Positions 33,077 to 54,502 of a DNA stretch of 64,000 nucleotides are shown here, one piece after another. This stretch comes from the human T2T-CHM13v2.0 reference genome, Homo sapiens. Location of the stretch: assembly GCF_009914755.1 (NCBI RefSeq), contig NC_060935.1; one strand, given 5' to 3'. The notes below the pieces were generated by a model. The model worked only from the letters and a program-made list of their open reading frames with translations. It was not told the origin of the DNA and did no database searches. How positions within the stretch are numbered: position 1 is the stretch's first letter; each line of letters starts with the position of its first letter. The translations under genes were made by a program, and so were the position numbers.

Positions 33077-34083
33077 AGAAAATGCAGCTTTCATGCCAGA
33101 TGTGTGGATGCTATGGGGCAGTTTCTAGGAGAAGGAACTATACCAGGCAGATAATCTCATAGTTGAGCACATGCATATTTCTTTCCATAGTCTAATTTCA
33201 TAAATTCTCTTGTCTAGCATAATGCAGTTTTCCCATGTAGAACAGACACCTTGCCTACTAAATGAGAAACAAGTAAAAGACATGACCAGCTACTACATTT
33301 ATCTTTCATTTCCAGAATCTCAGTTGATCAGGTCTGGATGTAGTTGTATATAATTTTGCAATCTATGGGCTAAATGACAGATGTAACAGCCCTCAAAACA
33401 ATACAGTCGTATCTTTTGCAAAGGTCCTAAGGTCAGCTCCTGTTGTATGAGAAATTACCTTGGGGCAATGGTAGCCTCCTAGACCCTTAGGCAAAGCTAT
33501 GTCAGGGGAAGACCCACAGGCCAAACTAAGTATCTAGAATCCCACAATTTATTAAAAAATTTAAAACACTCAGTGAGAAGTAAGAGGAAAGAGTGAGGTA
33601 GATTAACACCCTTTGGGTAAGGTACAAGCAGGGTGAAGGACCATACTACCTGAATCTAGATTACACAATGTTCATAGTCCTGTCTTTCCCCTTGCTGTGC
33701 CAGCTTTTCTTTCTGACGGTGAGGTTATGAGGATCAGAGGTGATGTCTAAGCAAGGGAATCCACCAGACGGAAGGTGTATGGAACCAGTATACACAGGGA
33801 CTTGCCTATTGGAAAGACATAGGGATAGGTATGCATGGCAGTAGCTGTATCTCATCAATCAGCCTGATGAGTAGGTCTCAATTTCATTTGCATTTTTGGG
33901 GCAAAGGACAAATGGGGTTAGAATAATATCAACTATGAGTGGCTGATGTAAGTCTTCAACAATGTCAAGGGCTTAACGTGTCTCATGTATATTTAGTGAA
34001 TCATGAATATTTGCTATGTCTTGGTCCTTCCTTCCCTTTCTATCTACTTTAGAACATGTATGTTCTAACATGTCTGACATGCC

Positions 34084-34674
34084 TGTTAGAAATGCTTGTT
34101 TCCCAGTGCCACAAAGAAATACCACTTGAACGTAAATTTAATTTTCTCAGCAAGGCCATTTTTACTTTCTGCAGAAAGGGCACACTAGCCAGCTGTTTTG
34201 CCACGAGAGTACACCGAACAAAGGAGACAGGGTTATTTATAACCTGACACGTCTACCCTACTGCTGTGTGTGGTTTCCATTGCCTGGAATAGGACCTGAA
34301 ATTCTGTATTTGTCCCAACTGGCTAGCAACTTAGAACTTTCTAAAAGAGACAAAAGCAGAGGAGAACAAAGGAAGGAGGCAGTAACTTGTGGAATGCTGA
34401 GAAAGGTAAAAATACCTCCAAATAAGGAAGAGGAACAGGCTATGACCTAATGCTTGCTTGGACTAGTATAAGCATGCCAGGGCAAATATTTAGGCTAAAT
34501 TGTGGGAGCTAAGAACACAAAGTACATTGATTTCTTTATTACGGCTAGCAGATATCTGAGAATGTTAGCACAGGTCTTTGAATAAATTTTGCTTCTAAGA
34601 GAAGTTACTATTTATTCCTAATTAGACAGGGAGGAAAGTCTTTTTGAAGAGGAACCTCTACTTTACTTTTTACA
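34084..34674 (-). mobile_element. LTR10C (HERV-I) solo LTR
   Basis: TG...CA termini; 4-bp TSD TGCC at 34080-34083 and 34675-34678; minus-strand start TGTAAAAAGTAAAGTAGAGGTTCCTCTTCAAA matches recalled LTR10C. Confidence 0.88.
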
Positions 34675-35472
34675 TGCCATTTGCTTCCACACTTGGTTTC
34701 ACTTAGCCTTTTTATTTTTTGTTTTCTGCTCTATTAGTAAAACTGAAAATTCTCTAAAAATTTAAAATGTGCATTACAAATTGAAGATCATGTATAGTCA
34801 ACATTACTGTTGAAGATCTCTTAAATTGCCCATAAGGCACAATATATTGCATTTATGAGCCACCTTGGAGGCTGACATTCTGTCTCTCAGTAAGTCCAAC
34901 CTAGAGGATTTTCCTTGCAGCATTGGAACAGATGGCTCATCCTTCTATTGAGCCCCAGAGGAAGTCATTGGCTTGCATGTAGGACTTCTAGACTTGGACT
35001 CAGACTGCTAGATGCCCACACTATGAGAGGCACCTGGAAACAGACCAACTGAGAGAATGACACGTTTGTGTCTTCTATATTCTGCTTACTTTGGGCATTA
35101 ATTTGCTTAGTCAAATGATGCTTATACTTCCCTCTCTCAAGCCTTCTTCAGTTCATATGAATTAAATGTGTGTACATTCTATTTCTAGGGTAAAAAAGTA
35201 TTAAATGATGAAAGACAACTAGAATATCCACAATTTTTAAAAAACTCTTTAGAAAAGAAGAAAAAGAAGAGCAACCTACAGAGGTCACTTGCCCAGATCT
35301 TATAGCACATCTTGCTGGAGGAAGACAATAAAGTAGATCATAGGGCCAGCAAACTTAATGTGCATCTGTTTGTTAATTTACTTCCTTAAGAGTGGATTAA
35401 GTTCAGTATGGCCGCCCCAGGATTCTGCTAGGAGGGTTTTCCTTATTTGTATCCAACAGGGCCATCCCTGAG

Positions 35473-35980
35473 TATGATGATTAATGTTATGTGTCAACTT
35501 GACTAGGCTAAGGAATACTCAAATAGCTGGTAACACATTATTTCTGGGTGTGTCTGTGAGGATGTTTCTGGAAGAGATTAGCACTTGAATCAGTAGATTA
35601 AGTAGAGATCACCCTCACCAACATGGGTGAGTGTCATTCAATCCATTGAGGACCTGGATAGAACAAAAAGGTGAAGGAAGGGTGCATTTGTTCTCTCTGC
35701 TTGAGGTGGGACATCCATCTTCTTCCACCCTCAGACAGCTGTGCTCCTGATTCTCAGGCCTCGGGACCCAGACCAGGATTTCCATCAGCTCCCCTGGCTC
35801 GCAGGCCTTCTGACTTCTGACTCACCATCAGCTCTCCTGGATCCAGCTTGCCAATGGCAGATCGTGGGACTCCTTGCCCTCTAATCGCATGAAACAATGC
35901 CCACAGTATGTCTCCTATTAAATAAATATATATCTAATCTCTTATTTGTTCTGCTTCTCTGGAGAACCCTGACTAGTACA
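35473..35980 (+). mobile_element. MLT2B-type (HERV-L) solo LTR
   Basis: TATGTGTCAACTTGAC start, GGAGAACCCTGACTAGTACA end; 5-bp (C/T)TGAG TSD. Confidence 0.88.
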
Positions 35981-36436
35981 TTGAGAAACAGCTTGGGGAG
36001 GATTCCTCTGAAGGGGACTCTATTTTAGCAGTAGACTCCATGTTGGCGAATACATTTGAGCTGAGTCTTATCTTACGGGTTGAGCAATAATCACAGGTGA
36101 TTTTGCAAGGATTGACTTTTGTTTTATTTTATTTTATTTTGCAGTGCTTAAGACTGAAACAGCTCATTGCATTCATTTTTGAGGACAGTGTTTGCTAATA
36201 ACCCAATGCAGAAATCATTTGTGGTTAGGATTATGATCTAATCATTCACCAAACTTATAACAGATGATCTTCACTGGGTCACAAAAAAATTGCACAACAG
36301 TGGGGTAATTAATATTTTCTTATAAAAAAATGGAACTCTCATAGTAGCCATCTAGATGGGGGAGAAGGTGTTCTCAATTTTGTTATGTGTTTTTAATTCT
36401 GTTTGGCAGTTATATTCCATTTTTCTGGCTCATTCA

Positions 36437-38308
<1,872 letters not shown>

Positions 38309-38954
38309 ATGAATATCCTTCCTATTTCAGAGAGAAAATAAAAGCAGTCAGAGGAGAATGGAGAATTTCCCCTATTCCCCAGCATGTGGAGCCATGGACT
38401 CTGCCTTCTCCCAGTCAAGATGGTACAGAATCTCATATTCCCAGCATTTCTCATCACAGAATTCCCCTTTCTGTCCTGCTAGCAAAGGCCATGCTGCCAC
38501 TCAGCGCCGGACCCCTTCTCCTCTCGCTTACTCAGTGGCACTGTTGGAGCTACCCTCCCCTCTCCTGCATTATCATTTTACTTTTCTCTTGGATCATTTC
38601 AATTGGCCTAAAACAACTTGTAATTTCACCCTTCTGAAAACAAAATCCTTATTTGACCCCTTTCCCTCTTCTACTAGTGCCTCATTTCTTTGTTCCCCTG
38701 ACTCTTTAAAACAAAACTTCATGAAAGATTTGTCTATGTTGTTTTCAATTTTTCTTTTTCAATTATGGTTTCATTTTGTCAGAGAGTCATTAAACATTTT
38801 TTTTTCTTTTTCAATTTTTTTTTTTTTTTTTTTTGCAGGGGCAGGTCTCACTATGTTGCCCATTCTGGTCTTGAACTCTTGGACTCAAGCAATCCTCCCA
38901 CCTCGGACTTCCAAAGTGCTGGAATCACAGGCTTGAGATACCATGCCCAGCCAA

Positions 38955-39765
<811 letters not shown>

Positions 39766-39769
39766 TCAT

Positions 39770-40705
39770 TTCTCTTAAGTTCACTACAGTTAGGCTTTCA
39801 CTCTCACTGGTCAACACAAATTGTTCTTGTCAAGGTCATCAGTGACCTCTGAGTTGCTGCAGCCAATTATCAATTCTTCATTCTCATCTTATATAACAGT
39901 GCCATTTGCATTGATCATTGCGTCCTCCTTTAAGTCTTTTCTTCAGTTACCTCCAGGACACCACCACACACTCCCAATTACCTTCCCACCTCACTCACCA
40001 CCTTAGCCTCCTTTGTTAATCATCCTTGCTGCCCCCTCAGTAGTCTTTGGAACTATTCTCTTTTCTGTCTGTACTTTCTCCCTTAGTAATATCTTCCAAT
40101 CTCAAGGTGACTCCAACTATTTACTTGACACGTCCACCGGATAGCAGGTGAGCATCTTACATTTAACATGTTGCAGACTACATTCCTGATCATCCCTATC
40201 CTCCCCATCAAAATATGCTCCTTTCGGTCTTTCTGAACTAATTCAATGGGATCCTTCTAGTTGCTTAGGCACAAGTCCTGGAATCATCTTTTATTCCTCG
40301 ATTTCTCTCCCATCCCTTGTTCAGTCTATTAACAAATGCTGTTGGCACCTTCTTTAAAATGTTTACACAATCTGCCATGTGTGGCGGTACACACCTATAG
40401 TCCCAGCTTCCATCTACTCAGGAGGCAGAGGTGGGACAGGTGCTTGAGTCCAGGAGTTCGAGTCCAGCCTGGACAACATAGCAAGACCCTATCTTGAATA
40501 CACACACACACACCCCCACACACTTTGATCATTTTTCTCCATCTTTACCACTACTGCCTTGAGGCAAGTCATCAACATCTCTTGCCTGGATTATTTCCAT
40601 AATCTCCTAACTAGTCTCCTTGAGTCTTCTTTTGCCTCTCTCCAGTTAATACTCAATACATCAGCAAAATGATGCCATTAAAATGTAAGTTTCTCATGTT
40701 ATTCT
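39770..40705 (+). mobile_element. L2 (left part; resumes at 52883), containing an Alu monomer at ~40373-40500
   Basis: L2 motifs CTTGTCAAGGTCATCAGTGACCTC, TCTCTTGCCTGGATTA, TAAAATGTAAGT..CATGT. Confidence 0.8.
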
Positions 40706-41468
40706 TGTTAATCAAGAAGCATGAAAGGCCGGACTGCAAAGCAGTTAAGACACTTATTGGGGTCTTAGGAATTGTGATTCAGGAGAAACAGATGTGGTCA
40801 AAGGCCACATTGTGTTCTGAAAAATAAAGTGGAATAGTAATTTTTAAAAAGATGCCGAGGGTGATTACACTAGTTGTTTTGAAAGAATTATTGTTGGTAG
40901 AGGAGGCTGGCTTAGTACATGAGTCCATAGTTCATTGGTTGTAGCTGTTTAGGCGTTATAGTGCTGGCAAAATTTATCTATTTTCCAAGATGTTTTGGTC
41001 ATGGGGATTTGGCCCAGTTCAAAGGTTTAAGGCAAGTTTCTGGGTTTTTTTATTTCCAAGGTTGCAGGTTTTATAGAATTAGTACTTCTTTGAATGGCTT
41101 CCCAATTTAATTTGATTTAATTATTTATTTATTTTTGAGACAGGGTCTCACTCTGTCACCCAGGCTAGAGTATAGTGGTGTGATTGCAGCTCCTGGAAGC
41201 GTTGACCTCCCAAGCTCAAGTGATCCTCCCACTTCAGCCTCCTGAGTAACTGGAACTACAGTCACATGCTATCACACCAAACTGATTTTTGTAGTTGTTT
41301 TTAGTAGAGACAAGGTCTCACTATGTTGCCCTTGAACTCCTGAGCTCAAGCAATCCTCCTGCATTGGCCTCCCAAAGTGAAGATTACAGGTGTGAGCCAA
41401 TGCACCCAGCCCTGATTTAATTTTAGAGCTCTGAACCAGAGTGACGCCATTTTGTATATCACATTTCA
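40706..41468 (-). mobile_element. 3' LTR (MER67A-like) with an AluJ inserted at ~41115-41413
   Basis: Minus-strand start TGAAATGTGATATACAAAATGGCGTCACTCTGGTTCAGAGCTCTAAAA; homologous to 52431-52882. Confidence 0.85.
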
Positions 41469-42777
41469 CATTCCCTGTTTTGATCAAGATCTGACAGGAG
41501 GCAGCACTGCTGATCAATTATTATTGGTTGGCCATAGATTTGTTATATATTGTCTTTGGAGCTAGAAATGTCTGTTTTTAGAGTGGCTTGTCCCACAGAA
41601 GTGAGCTGTCAAAAGATAACATGCAGAAATTGGCCAAGTTGGAGTAACAGGGGAGCCATTTTCATAAAGAGTCCTGCATTAGTCTATGGCAATTAGCTGT
41701 ACATCAGGAAAGGCATACATTTGGTTAACCACGTGTAAAGGTCATTCTTCAGCCTTCTTTCCTGAAATAGATGATGAGATTTCAGGAAGGAGATAGAAGG
41801 CGATTGTGTTTCTTTTGGTGAGAAGCTTTCTTGGTCAGATAAAGGAATTCCAGAGGGAGACTCTCTGTGCCCTTGGAGAGAGAGGAAAAAGACAAAATTA
41901 GAGGGACCTTGATTCTGAGGCTTATTTCTGAGGCCTTTCCATTTTCAAAAGCACTTAACATGTCAAAGCACCATATTTTTGGGGAAACATTCTCTGCAAA
42001 CAACATTTCCATATGAAACTTCCCTAGATGTTTCACACACTGAAAGCTGAGTTGGTGGCTGTGGAGAGAATATTTCAGTTAATAGCTGAGTGGCAAAGGA
42101 TCCCATTAACCCAGTCTCCCATTTCTGGAAATAGGCCAGCCCCATTAGACAGCTGTATCTGATTTCAGGAGATGGTGTTGCAGACAGGCTCTCACACAGA
42201 AGAAACACAAAGGTTAATGTTTGGAACAGTATAAACCAGTTTCTTCAGAGTTTGGAGGGCAGTCAGTTGGTGTCTTGATGTTAAACTCAAAGCATTCTCA
42301 GCTGAAGTAGAAATAGGCGGTAGCAATCTGACAGCTTTTCTGGTCTGTAATTTGCATATCACAAGGTTGTTTATTCATGAGCTTCAGCTTGCAGGCCCTC
42401 CAGAAAAAGGTAGTAGCAATTTCAGTGAGTCCAAGTCAGAAAAATGGAATAAAATGTTGGAAACATTAGTTTGGAGACTTGTAACCAGGAAGGAATTCAA
42501 AATTCAGTCTGAATTGTAGGCAAATAATAGAAACAATGGTCAGTGGTAGAATCTAATAACAGGTGTACTATAGTTTTTTTTCTGAAACATAATTTTTCAA
42601 TCTCTAGTCCCCCATTTCTACCAAAGATAAATCATAGCAGAACCAATTTAATTGCAGAATAATTTTAGTCCTATTATACATGGCTTGATTATTTGCATAA
42701 AGTAAAGCAGCAATAGTGATTGGCTATATAGGCTCTTTATAAATTGTCTTTGCAGGGGCTTTTTCATAAGAACCTCA

Positions 42778-43080
<303 letters not shown>

Positions 43081-43172
43081 GCCTCTCAAGGGTAGGAAGC
43101 CACGCCAAGGATTTTCCATCAGATTATACGTGTAATAACTACACAAATTGGATGAATTCTTCTCTTCTCAAG

Positions 43173-43515
43173 TGAAAGGCAATGGAAGGGGACCGTGGAT
43201 CAATAAGGCCGAGAGGCGAGACAAAGAGGGCAAAAATCTTTATTGAGCTCTTGGGCGAGGTTCACTGGCCCGCAGGGGGAGGGCCAGGGAAGTCGCGCTG
43301 TGCCAAAGGTGCAGCGCGCTTTTATGGATGCTGGGTGAGGAGTGGGCGGGGTAGGGGCGGGGTCGGTTGAGTTTCGCGCTTCTGAGTGTGACACGCCCTA
43401 GTGGGCATGCGCGTTAGTCGGGGTGGCGGGAACAGGAAAGGTGAACCCGGAAATGCTGAGTCAGGGTATGTGAGGTGGCGATCGCCATCTTGGAGTCTTC
43501 ACCGGAGTCCAATCA
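43173..43515 (-). mobile_element. 343-bp CpG-rich solo LTR, family uncertain
   Basis: TG...CA termini; perfect 5-bp TSD TCAAG at 43168-43172 and 43516-43520; minus-strand CATAAAA (43320-43326) upstream of AATAAA (43239-43244). Confidence 0.88.
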
Positions 43516-44824
43516 TCAAGGTCCCCAAAATATCTTGAGGTTCCTGGGCCTGTTAGAAAGTGACATTCTTTACTTACCATAGGATCAAAAATCCTTTAAA
43601 GAAACTGTATAGACAAGGAACCAGGACAGTCTTTTTCCAAGTCTGTTGACTTTAAAGTCAGTTTCAGTTCCTTAAAGCAGCCCCATCACATATGAAAATA
43701 TGACATTCCAGCCAAAGCCTTGGTAAAATAACCAGTGTCTCTAATTGTGTCCTATCACAAAAGAAAACAGATTATTACTGAGTTTATTCAAATACCTATA
43801 TTGCCATAAAATAAAAATACTCATTAATAGTTTCCAAATTTTGAAGATATCAGTTAGGGAGAAAAGTAAATATTTCCATTTTGCTCACAAAAGTATACTT
43901 TCCCAATTACTGTAGGTTATAAATAGCTTAAGAGGAAAAAAAGTTTTTTTTTAACTCTGGAAAACAAAACAATTAGCAGCATACCTATAATCCCAGCTAC
44001 TTAGGAGGCTGAGGCGGGAGGATTGTTTGAACTCAGGAGTTTGAAGCCAGCTTGGACGACATGGCATGGCACTGTCTCAAAATAAGTAAGTAAATAAAAG
44101 AATGTTTCAAGCAAAAAAGTCATAAACATCATTTTAGTCATTTATCAGGTTAGTCCCATCTACTTAATTATTGTTCTGTATGATGTCAGATTAGCAATTT
44201 TATGAGTCCAGTTTTTTTTACTGGAGTTTCTTTTTTTTTTTTTTTAACCCAGTCCACTTGAATAATCTCAAAGTCGTAAGCAGAGGTCTCTATTTAAAAG
44301 TACCTTTCAGAGGCTTTTTCATGAACCTCCTTGAAAATACACCACCTTAGGATTTGCAAAGAGCTCTTAGAAAAAAAGCATCAGAATGAAGCAATTTACC
44401 AAGACATATCAAGAGTTTTAGGACTTTCATACAATTTTGGAACATATATTAACACATTTATACAAATATAACTCAAGGAAAATTAAACACGATTTCTAAA
44501 TTTGACAATGCTTTCTATACGATTTTAACATATCAGATAAGCCCAATATGTCTCTCTTAAGAGTTCCAGGGGCTCTTTTTGGCATGTCCAAAAGTTAGTT
44601 TGAAGTTAAAAATAATTTAGAATTCAAAATCTGCTTTTGGGTAGTTTGTCGGATGGCAATGGTTTAAAACACTTGATTTAAAGCTAATTTTAATATTATA
44701 AACAGATCTATCCAATCTCAGTCAGCCTTGACCATACAAGATAATGGTTCCACAACCCTTTTATAACTTCTTACAGATTTTTTTCCATTCTCTTTCCCCC
44801 CACAACTCTCTACATCCATTCAAT

Positions 44825-45129
44825 TTTGTTTGTTTGTTTGTTTGAGACAGAGTCTCGCTCTGTTGCCCAGGCTGGAGCACAATGGTGGGATCTCAGCTCA
44901 CTACAACCTCCGCCTCCCACGTTCAAGTGATTGATTCTCCTGCCTCAGCCTCCCGAGTAGCTGGGATTACAGGTTTCTGCCATCACACCTGGCTAATTTT
45001 TGTATTTTTAGTAGAGACAGGGTTTCACCATGTTGGTTAGGTTGGTCTTGGACTCCGGACTTCAGTTGATCCACCTGCCTCAGCCTCCCAAAGTGCTGGG
45101 ATTACAGGCATGAGCCACTGCACCCAGCC
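44825..45129 (-). mobile_element. AluS
   Basis: Reverse-complement Alu; CATTCA(A/G)TTTT direct repeats. Confidence 0.92.
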
Positions 45130-45159
45130 TCATTCAGTTTTATCTATTATTTTTAAAAC

Positions 45160-46450
<1,291 letters not shown>

Positions 46451-46996
46451 ATCATTTTTTATTCATTCCATTTAAACAACCTTGAATTAACCTCCGAACT
46501 AGACAAAATTACTTTTCCTTTAACAAAACCCACATATTTATGTTTTTAAAAATAACCTAACAAAAAACACATTCTACTGTCCTTGTCCAATCTGTACACA
46601 GAATTATTTCTCTTATATCTAGTAGTTTTAATTATACAAACTAACTACAATTTGAATTCTTAGTGATTCTAAATTCTAGTGAACAACTTAGGAAGTAAGC
46701 AGTTTTAATTATTATGTACCAGATACAGAGCCCAGGCCTGAGGACAGGGCTGTGAAGACAATGCCTGTAGGAGCTAACCTCTCCCAGCATGGCCAGGAGG
46801 CACAGCTGGGCCAGGGAGGATGTATTGACCTTGGCTCTGCCCTGAAGCTGGTGGCCCAGGTGGTGTAGATACACGTCTCCAGACTTCACCATAGGCATTA
46901 TCCACACCCCAGAATCTAAAGGCTCGAAATCTAATGTTAAAACCAGCTTTATTTACCAAAGATTACTAAAGTCATGTAAATTTGAAAAGCATTTGG

Positions 46997-47314
<318 letters not shown>

Positions 47315-48021
47315 CATTTGGGCTATTTATCAATACTCATTTATTAATAAGTCAATTTGGCACCTTGTAGACAATATACAAACAGACATGTACACATGTA
47401 TACACAAAAACAGAGAAAAACACAAAGATTTTATAGCTTCAATTTAAAATTTTTTAGCCAGGAGACAGGTAAAACTGTTTAAAGAAACAGTTGAATCATG
47501 TCTCTTTAAATGAGACAGTTGAAGTTTCTCTGGCCAACATAGCCAAAGCCATCTCAAAGCGCACAGAGAGAATATTAAGCATTTCAAGAAAGACTTTGGG
47601 TGAGTTAGAGGATTATTACAAATGGATGCCAAGGTAATACAAAATCACAGTTATTTGCTACAGCATTTTACAAGGAAAACATACAGATGAACTTAAGAGA
47701 ACATTCAGAAACCTTTTCAAAATAAACTGGATGCCGGAAAGGAATATTTTGTAAACCAGTCTAGTTACATATGTGGCTAATTCAGTCTTTACTTTCTAAC
47801 TGGAATACTGAGCTCAGGGCAAAGCCCATTAACAGGACCAACAAAGTATTTGCAGTTTCCAACGCCTAATATTTTATGTGTGAAAAGCAGACACAGCTGG
47901 AAACTGAACGACTAGATCCTCAGAAATCAAGGATCACATTTTACACTGGATCCCAGACCCCCCAAAAGAGAGATACACCACAAGACGGGGCAGTACACTT
48001 CCACAGTGCGCCTACACTTAA

Positions 48022-49776
<1,755 letters not shown>

Positions 49777-50599
49777 AGGAGTCTTATCCTTTCGTGGCAG
49801 GTGTTCCCATAGCCTCCAAGTATTCAAACTTCACTTTTCTTATCTAAACTTGCAATGAAATGAGTATCCCCCTGCAGTATTAACTATTCACCGCAAACAA
49901 CCACTGTCAGCCACCTCCAAAACTGCAGCCCTTGCTAGTGATGACTGGCCGTTGCACAAAGATCAGTCTTTCTTTCACAGTGCAAAGGAATCCCTGGTAC
50001 CCTCAAAAGCCAGAGGAATTAGAGAGGTCAATGTAAAAGAGAGCAGAGCTTTAGCCCCGAGAGGATCTCGCCACAACTCTGGGGCTCCGTAAGGAAAACT
50101 GAGAATCCCAAAAAGGAGGCGTGGTGTCTTTTTCTGTGTGGCTCAAGGGGTTTCAGGGCCACTAGAAGTTCCTCCTAGATCTCTTCATGTGGAATCAAAA
50201 ATAGCAAAAAAGAAGGAGCAGTAGAAGTGGAAGGAAATGGAAGAACAAATCTTAAAGGAGCCAATTTGGAGATTTAAAGCTTTCCAGAAAGGCCAGTGAA
50301 ATTTTACTTTTTTTTTTTTTTTAAGCAAAATCATGCCAACAAGAAAGGAAGCCGACAGAGGAACCGAACACAATTAAAAAGGGATTTCAGTTGACTGAAA
50401 AAAAATTCCCAGAAACAGAATCCAAAAGAGAAAAACAGAAAGACCTCGAAAAAAAACCCCACAAAAACAGCCTGAATATCAGCTTTTAATTTGGTTGATT
50501 TCTGACTGTAGAGTTCTTTAAAAAAAAATCTTATCATATCTCTTATTTTCAGATTTCAGCAGGGATAAGTAGCCAATATTTCTGGCTTTTGACCTGTTT

Positions 50600-50915
50600 T
50601 TTCTTTTTTCTTTTTTTTTTTTTTTGAGACAGGGTCTAACTCTGTTTGCCCAGGCTGGAGTGCAGTGGCACAAACATAGCTCACCGCAGCCTTGACCTTT
50701 TGGGCTCAAGCAATCCCCCGCCTCAGCCTCCTGAGTAGCTGGGACATAGGTGTGCACCGCTATGCCTGGCTAATTTTTTTTTTAATCTTTTTAATTTATA
50801 GAGACAAGGTTTGCCATGTTGCCCAGGCTGGTCTCAAACTCCTGGGCTTAAGCAGTCCTCCTGCCTTGACCTCCCAAAGTGCTGAAATTACAGGAATGAG
50901 CCACTGTATGCAGCC
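50600..50915 (-). mobile_element. AluJ
   Basis: Reverse-complement diverged Alu. Confidence 0.9.
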
Positions 50916-51342
50916 AGTTGTTTTTTGCTATTGTTTTTAACAAAGGTACCTCCCAAGTGACTTACCAAAAGCAAAAACCTTAGCCAAGGTTATAACTTAA
51001 AGAAGGATGCATGAGGTATTGCCAAAGAAGTACAAAGCAGTCCTTACAAGACCCAGAACTACCCCCCCAAAAGACAGCTTAAAAAAAGGAAAGCTTCTCT
51101 ATGGGCATCTCAGATGAAAGATTAAAACAGTCAGTAAGACAGGAAATCAAAAGCTGTATGGAAGGGAAAAGCGTCAATAACAAATGAGTATCCCAAAAAG
51201 TCACGAGTCACATAAATATTAAACCATAACTGGGCCATGGCAGTGAAAGCACCAAATCCTAACCATAGACCACAGAGTGAGTGGGTGCCTTTTTTTTTTT
51301 TTTTTTGTAAATAAATCCTGCAGGAAATCCAAAGCAGGCAGT

Positions 51343-51534
<192 letters not shown>

Positions 51535-52407
51535 TGAGCATACAAGGATTTTTTTCTTCAGATAACCCTGTTCTGAAAGCATACAAGGATTTTAACTTAG
51601 TTTTAGGTCAGAATTTTTGCTCTTTAATTTTGTCAAGATGATTTCTAAGGCTAGCCATAACACGATCATGTGTCTTTTTTTTCCAATTTGATCCTCCCGT
51701 AAATACAAATAATGCATTGTTTAGAAAGAGAGACCTCTAAAAACCTTTCAAGTATAGAGTCTTTCTAATTTAAAGGATGTATCTGTTGGTCACTGAAGGT
51801 GAGAAATTCTAGAAACTTGAAACTTGAGTTTTTTTTTTTTAATTTTAGAGATTTTTAAAAGTTATTTTGGCATGGTTATCTCTTAGGGACACTAGTTTAG
51901 ATCTCTGGAGTCTTTTAGATACCTTGAGAAACCCAATTAAAGTAGGCTTCCCACTCAGGCTGTTTATTCTTTCATTTTAGCCCTGTAATTGAGAAGGAAA
52001 ACAAGTTTTGGAGATTAAAAAAGCTTCAGGTTGGCAATTGTAATTCCAAATCACTTTCAGTGATATTGGTCCACTGAGAATGAAATTTACAAGGTGAATG
52101 ACCATAATGTTTGTCTAAAAAACAAACAGGTGTTTAAGAAGGGGGGTAACTTAGCACCTATGCCATTAGAAGCAAAAGAGCTCCTGAATACCCACCAAAA
52201 AGGGAAGATTTTCTTTGTTGACAGCTGGCAACAAAGGCTACCCAATAAAGGCTTCAACCTCAACCAAGGTGGGAGGTTCAGGAAAATGAGAGGACTCCCC
52301 AATAGGGTTTGAGGCTGTCAGGAAGGCAATGGAACGCAAGGAGTTCCTGCAAATACCATGCTTGAAACCACAGCAGCACTGGGACACAGAGGAAGAGAGT
52401 CACTTGC

Positions 52408-52425
52408 ATCCCACTTATGACACCA
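52408..52425 (-). promoter_or_regulatory. Retroviral primer-binding site (tRNA-Leu CAA type)
   Basis: Minus strand TGGTGTCATAAGTGGGAT vs expected TGGTGTCAGAAGTGGGAT, 5 nt from the 5' LTR end. Confidence 0.85.
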
Positions 52426-52430
52426 TTTAA

Positions 52431-52882
52431 TGTCAACCAAGAAGAGGTGAAAGACCTTACTGCAGAGCAAGGAATCAAGGCATTTATTGGGGTTGTAGGA
52501 ATTGCAATTCATGAGACATAGATTCAGCTAAAGGCCAAATCATATTCTGAAGAGAGGAAGGAGAGTAAGGATTTTTAAAAGGATGCTGAGAGTGGTTACA
52601 CTAGTTGTTTTTGAAAGAATTATCGTGGGTGGAGGTGGCTGGCTTAGTACATGAGTCTACAGTCATTGGTTGTGGTTGTTTAGGAGTCATAGTGCTAGAA
52701 AACTTCAGCTGCTTTCCAGGATGTTGTGGTCATGGAGGTTTGGCCTAGTTGAAAGTTTCAAGGCAAGGTCCTGTTTTTTGTTTTTCAAGGTTGCAGATCA
52801 TGCAGGTCATCCTTAGAATGGCTTCCCTGCTCCATTTTAGAGCTGTGAACCAGAGTAATGCTATTTGGCATATCACATTTCA
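52431..52882 (-). mobile_element. 5' LTR (MER67A-like)
   Basis: TG..CA termini; colinear with 40706-41468; adjacent PBS. Confidence 0.85.
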
Positions 52883-53720
<838 letters not shown>

Positions 53721-54162
53721 AAGACCAAGTTCTAGTCAAGTCACACATGGAGGCAGTAACTTGGTGGTGAAGCCACCTGATACTCTCAGTATTGAAATAG
53801 GAAGCAAAGTTAGCTGCTGGTTGGCCATGGCTTGAAGAAAATGTTGCACATTTGCAAGAGCAGTTGTCGGGAATGATAAAAGCAGCACATGAAAGATTCC
53901 CAAACCTCACAGAGGGTCTTGCTGAGGTTAAAAAAATCTATTTCTGAAGGACCAGTCTGGAGATTTTCTACAGAATCTTATCATAGCTACCATTTATTAA
54001 CTGTGTCAGGAGCTATAGTAAATGCATTACCTTCACTATTTTATTTTATTTTCACAATAACTGAGATTAATATTATCATTTACATTTTACTGGAGGGAAA
54101 ATGGAGGCTTAGATCAGTTGAATAACTTGTCCATGGTTACCCAACTAGAAAATGGCAGAGCT

Positions 54163-54502
<340 letters not shown>

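Noticed and set aside
34051-34084. AGAACA..TGTTCT palindrome and three CATG cores beside LTR10C
   Set aside because: The spacer is 4 nt rather than the 3 nt of a GRE/ARE, and the CATG spacings (14 and 9 nt) do not fit a canonical p53 element
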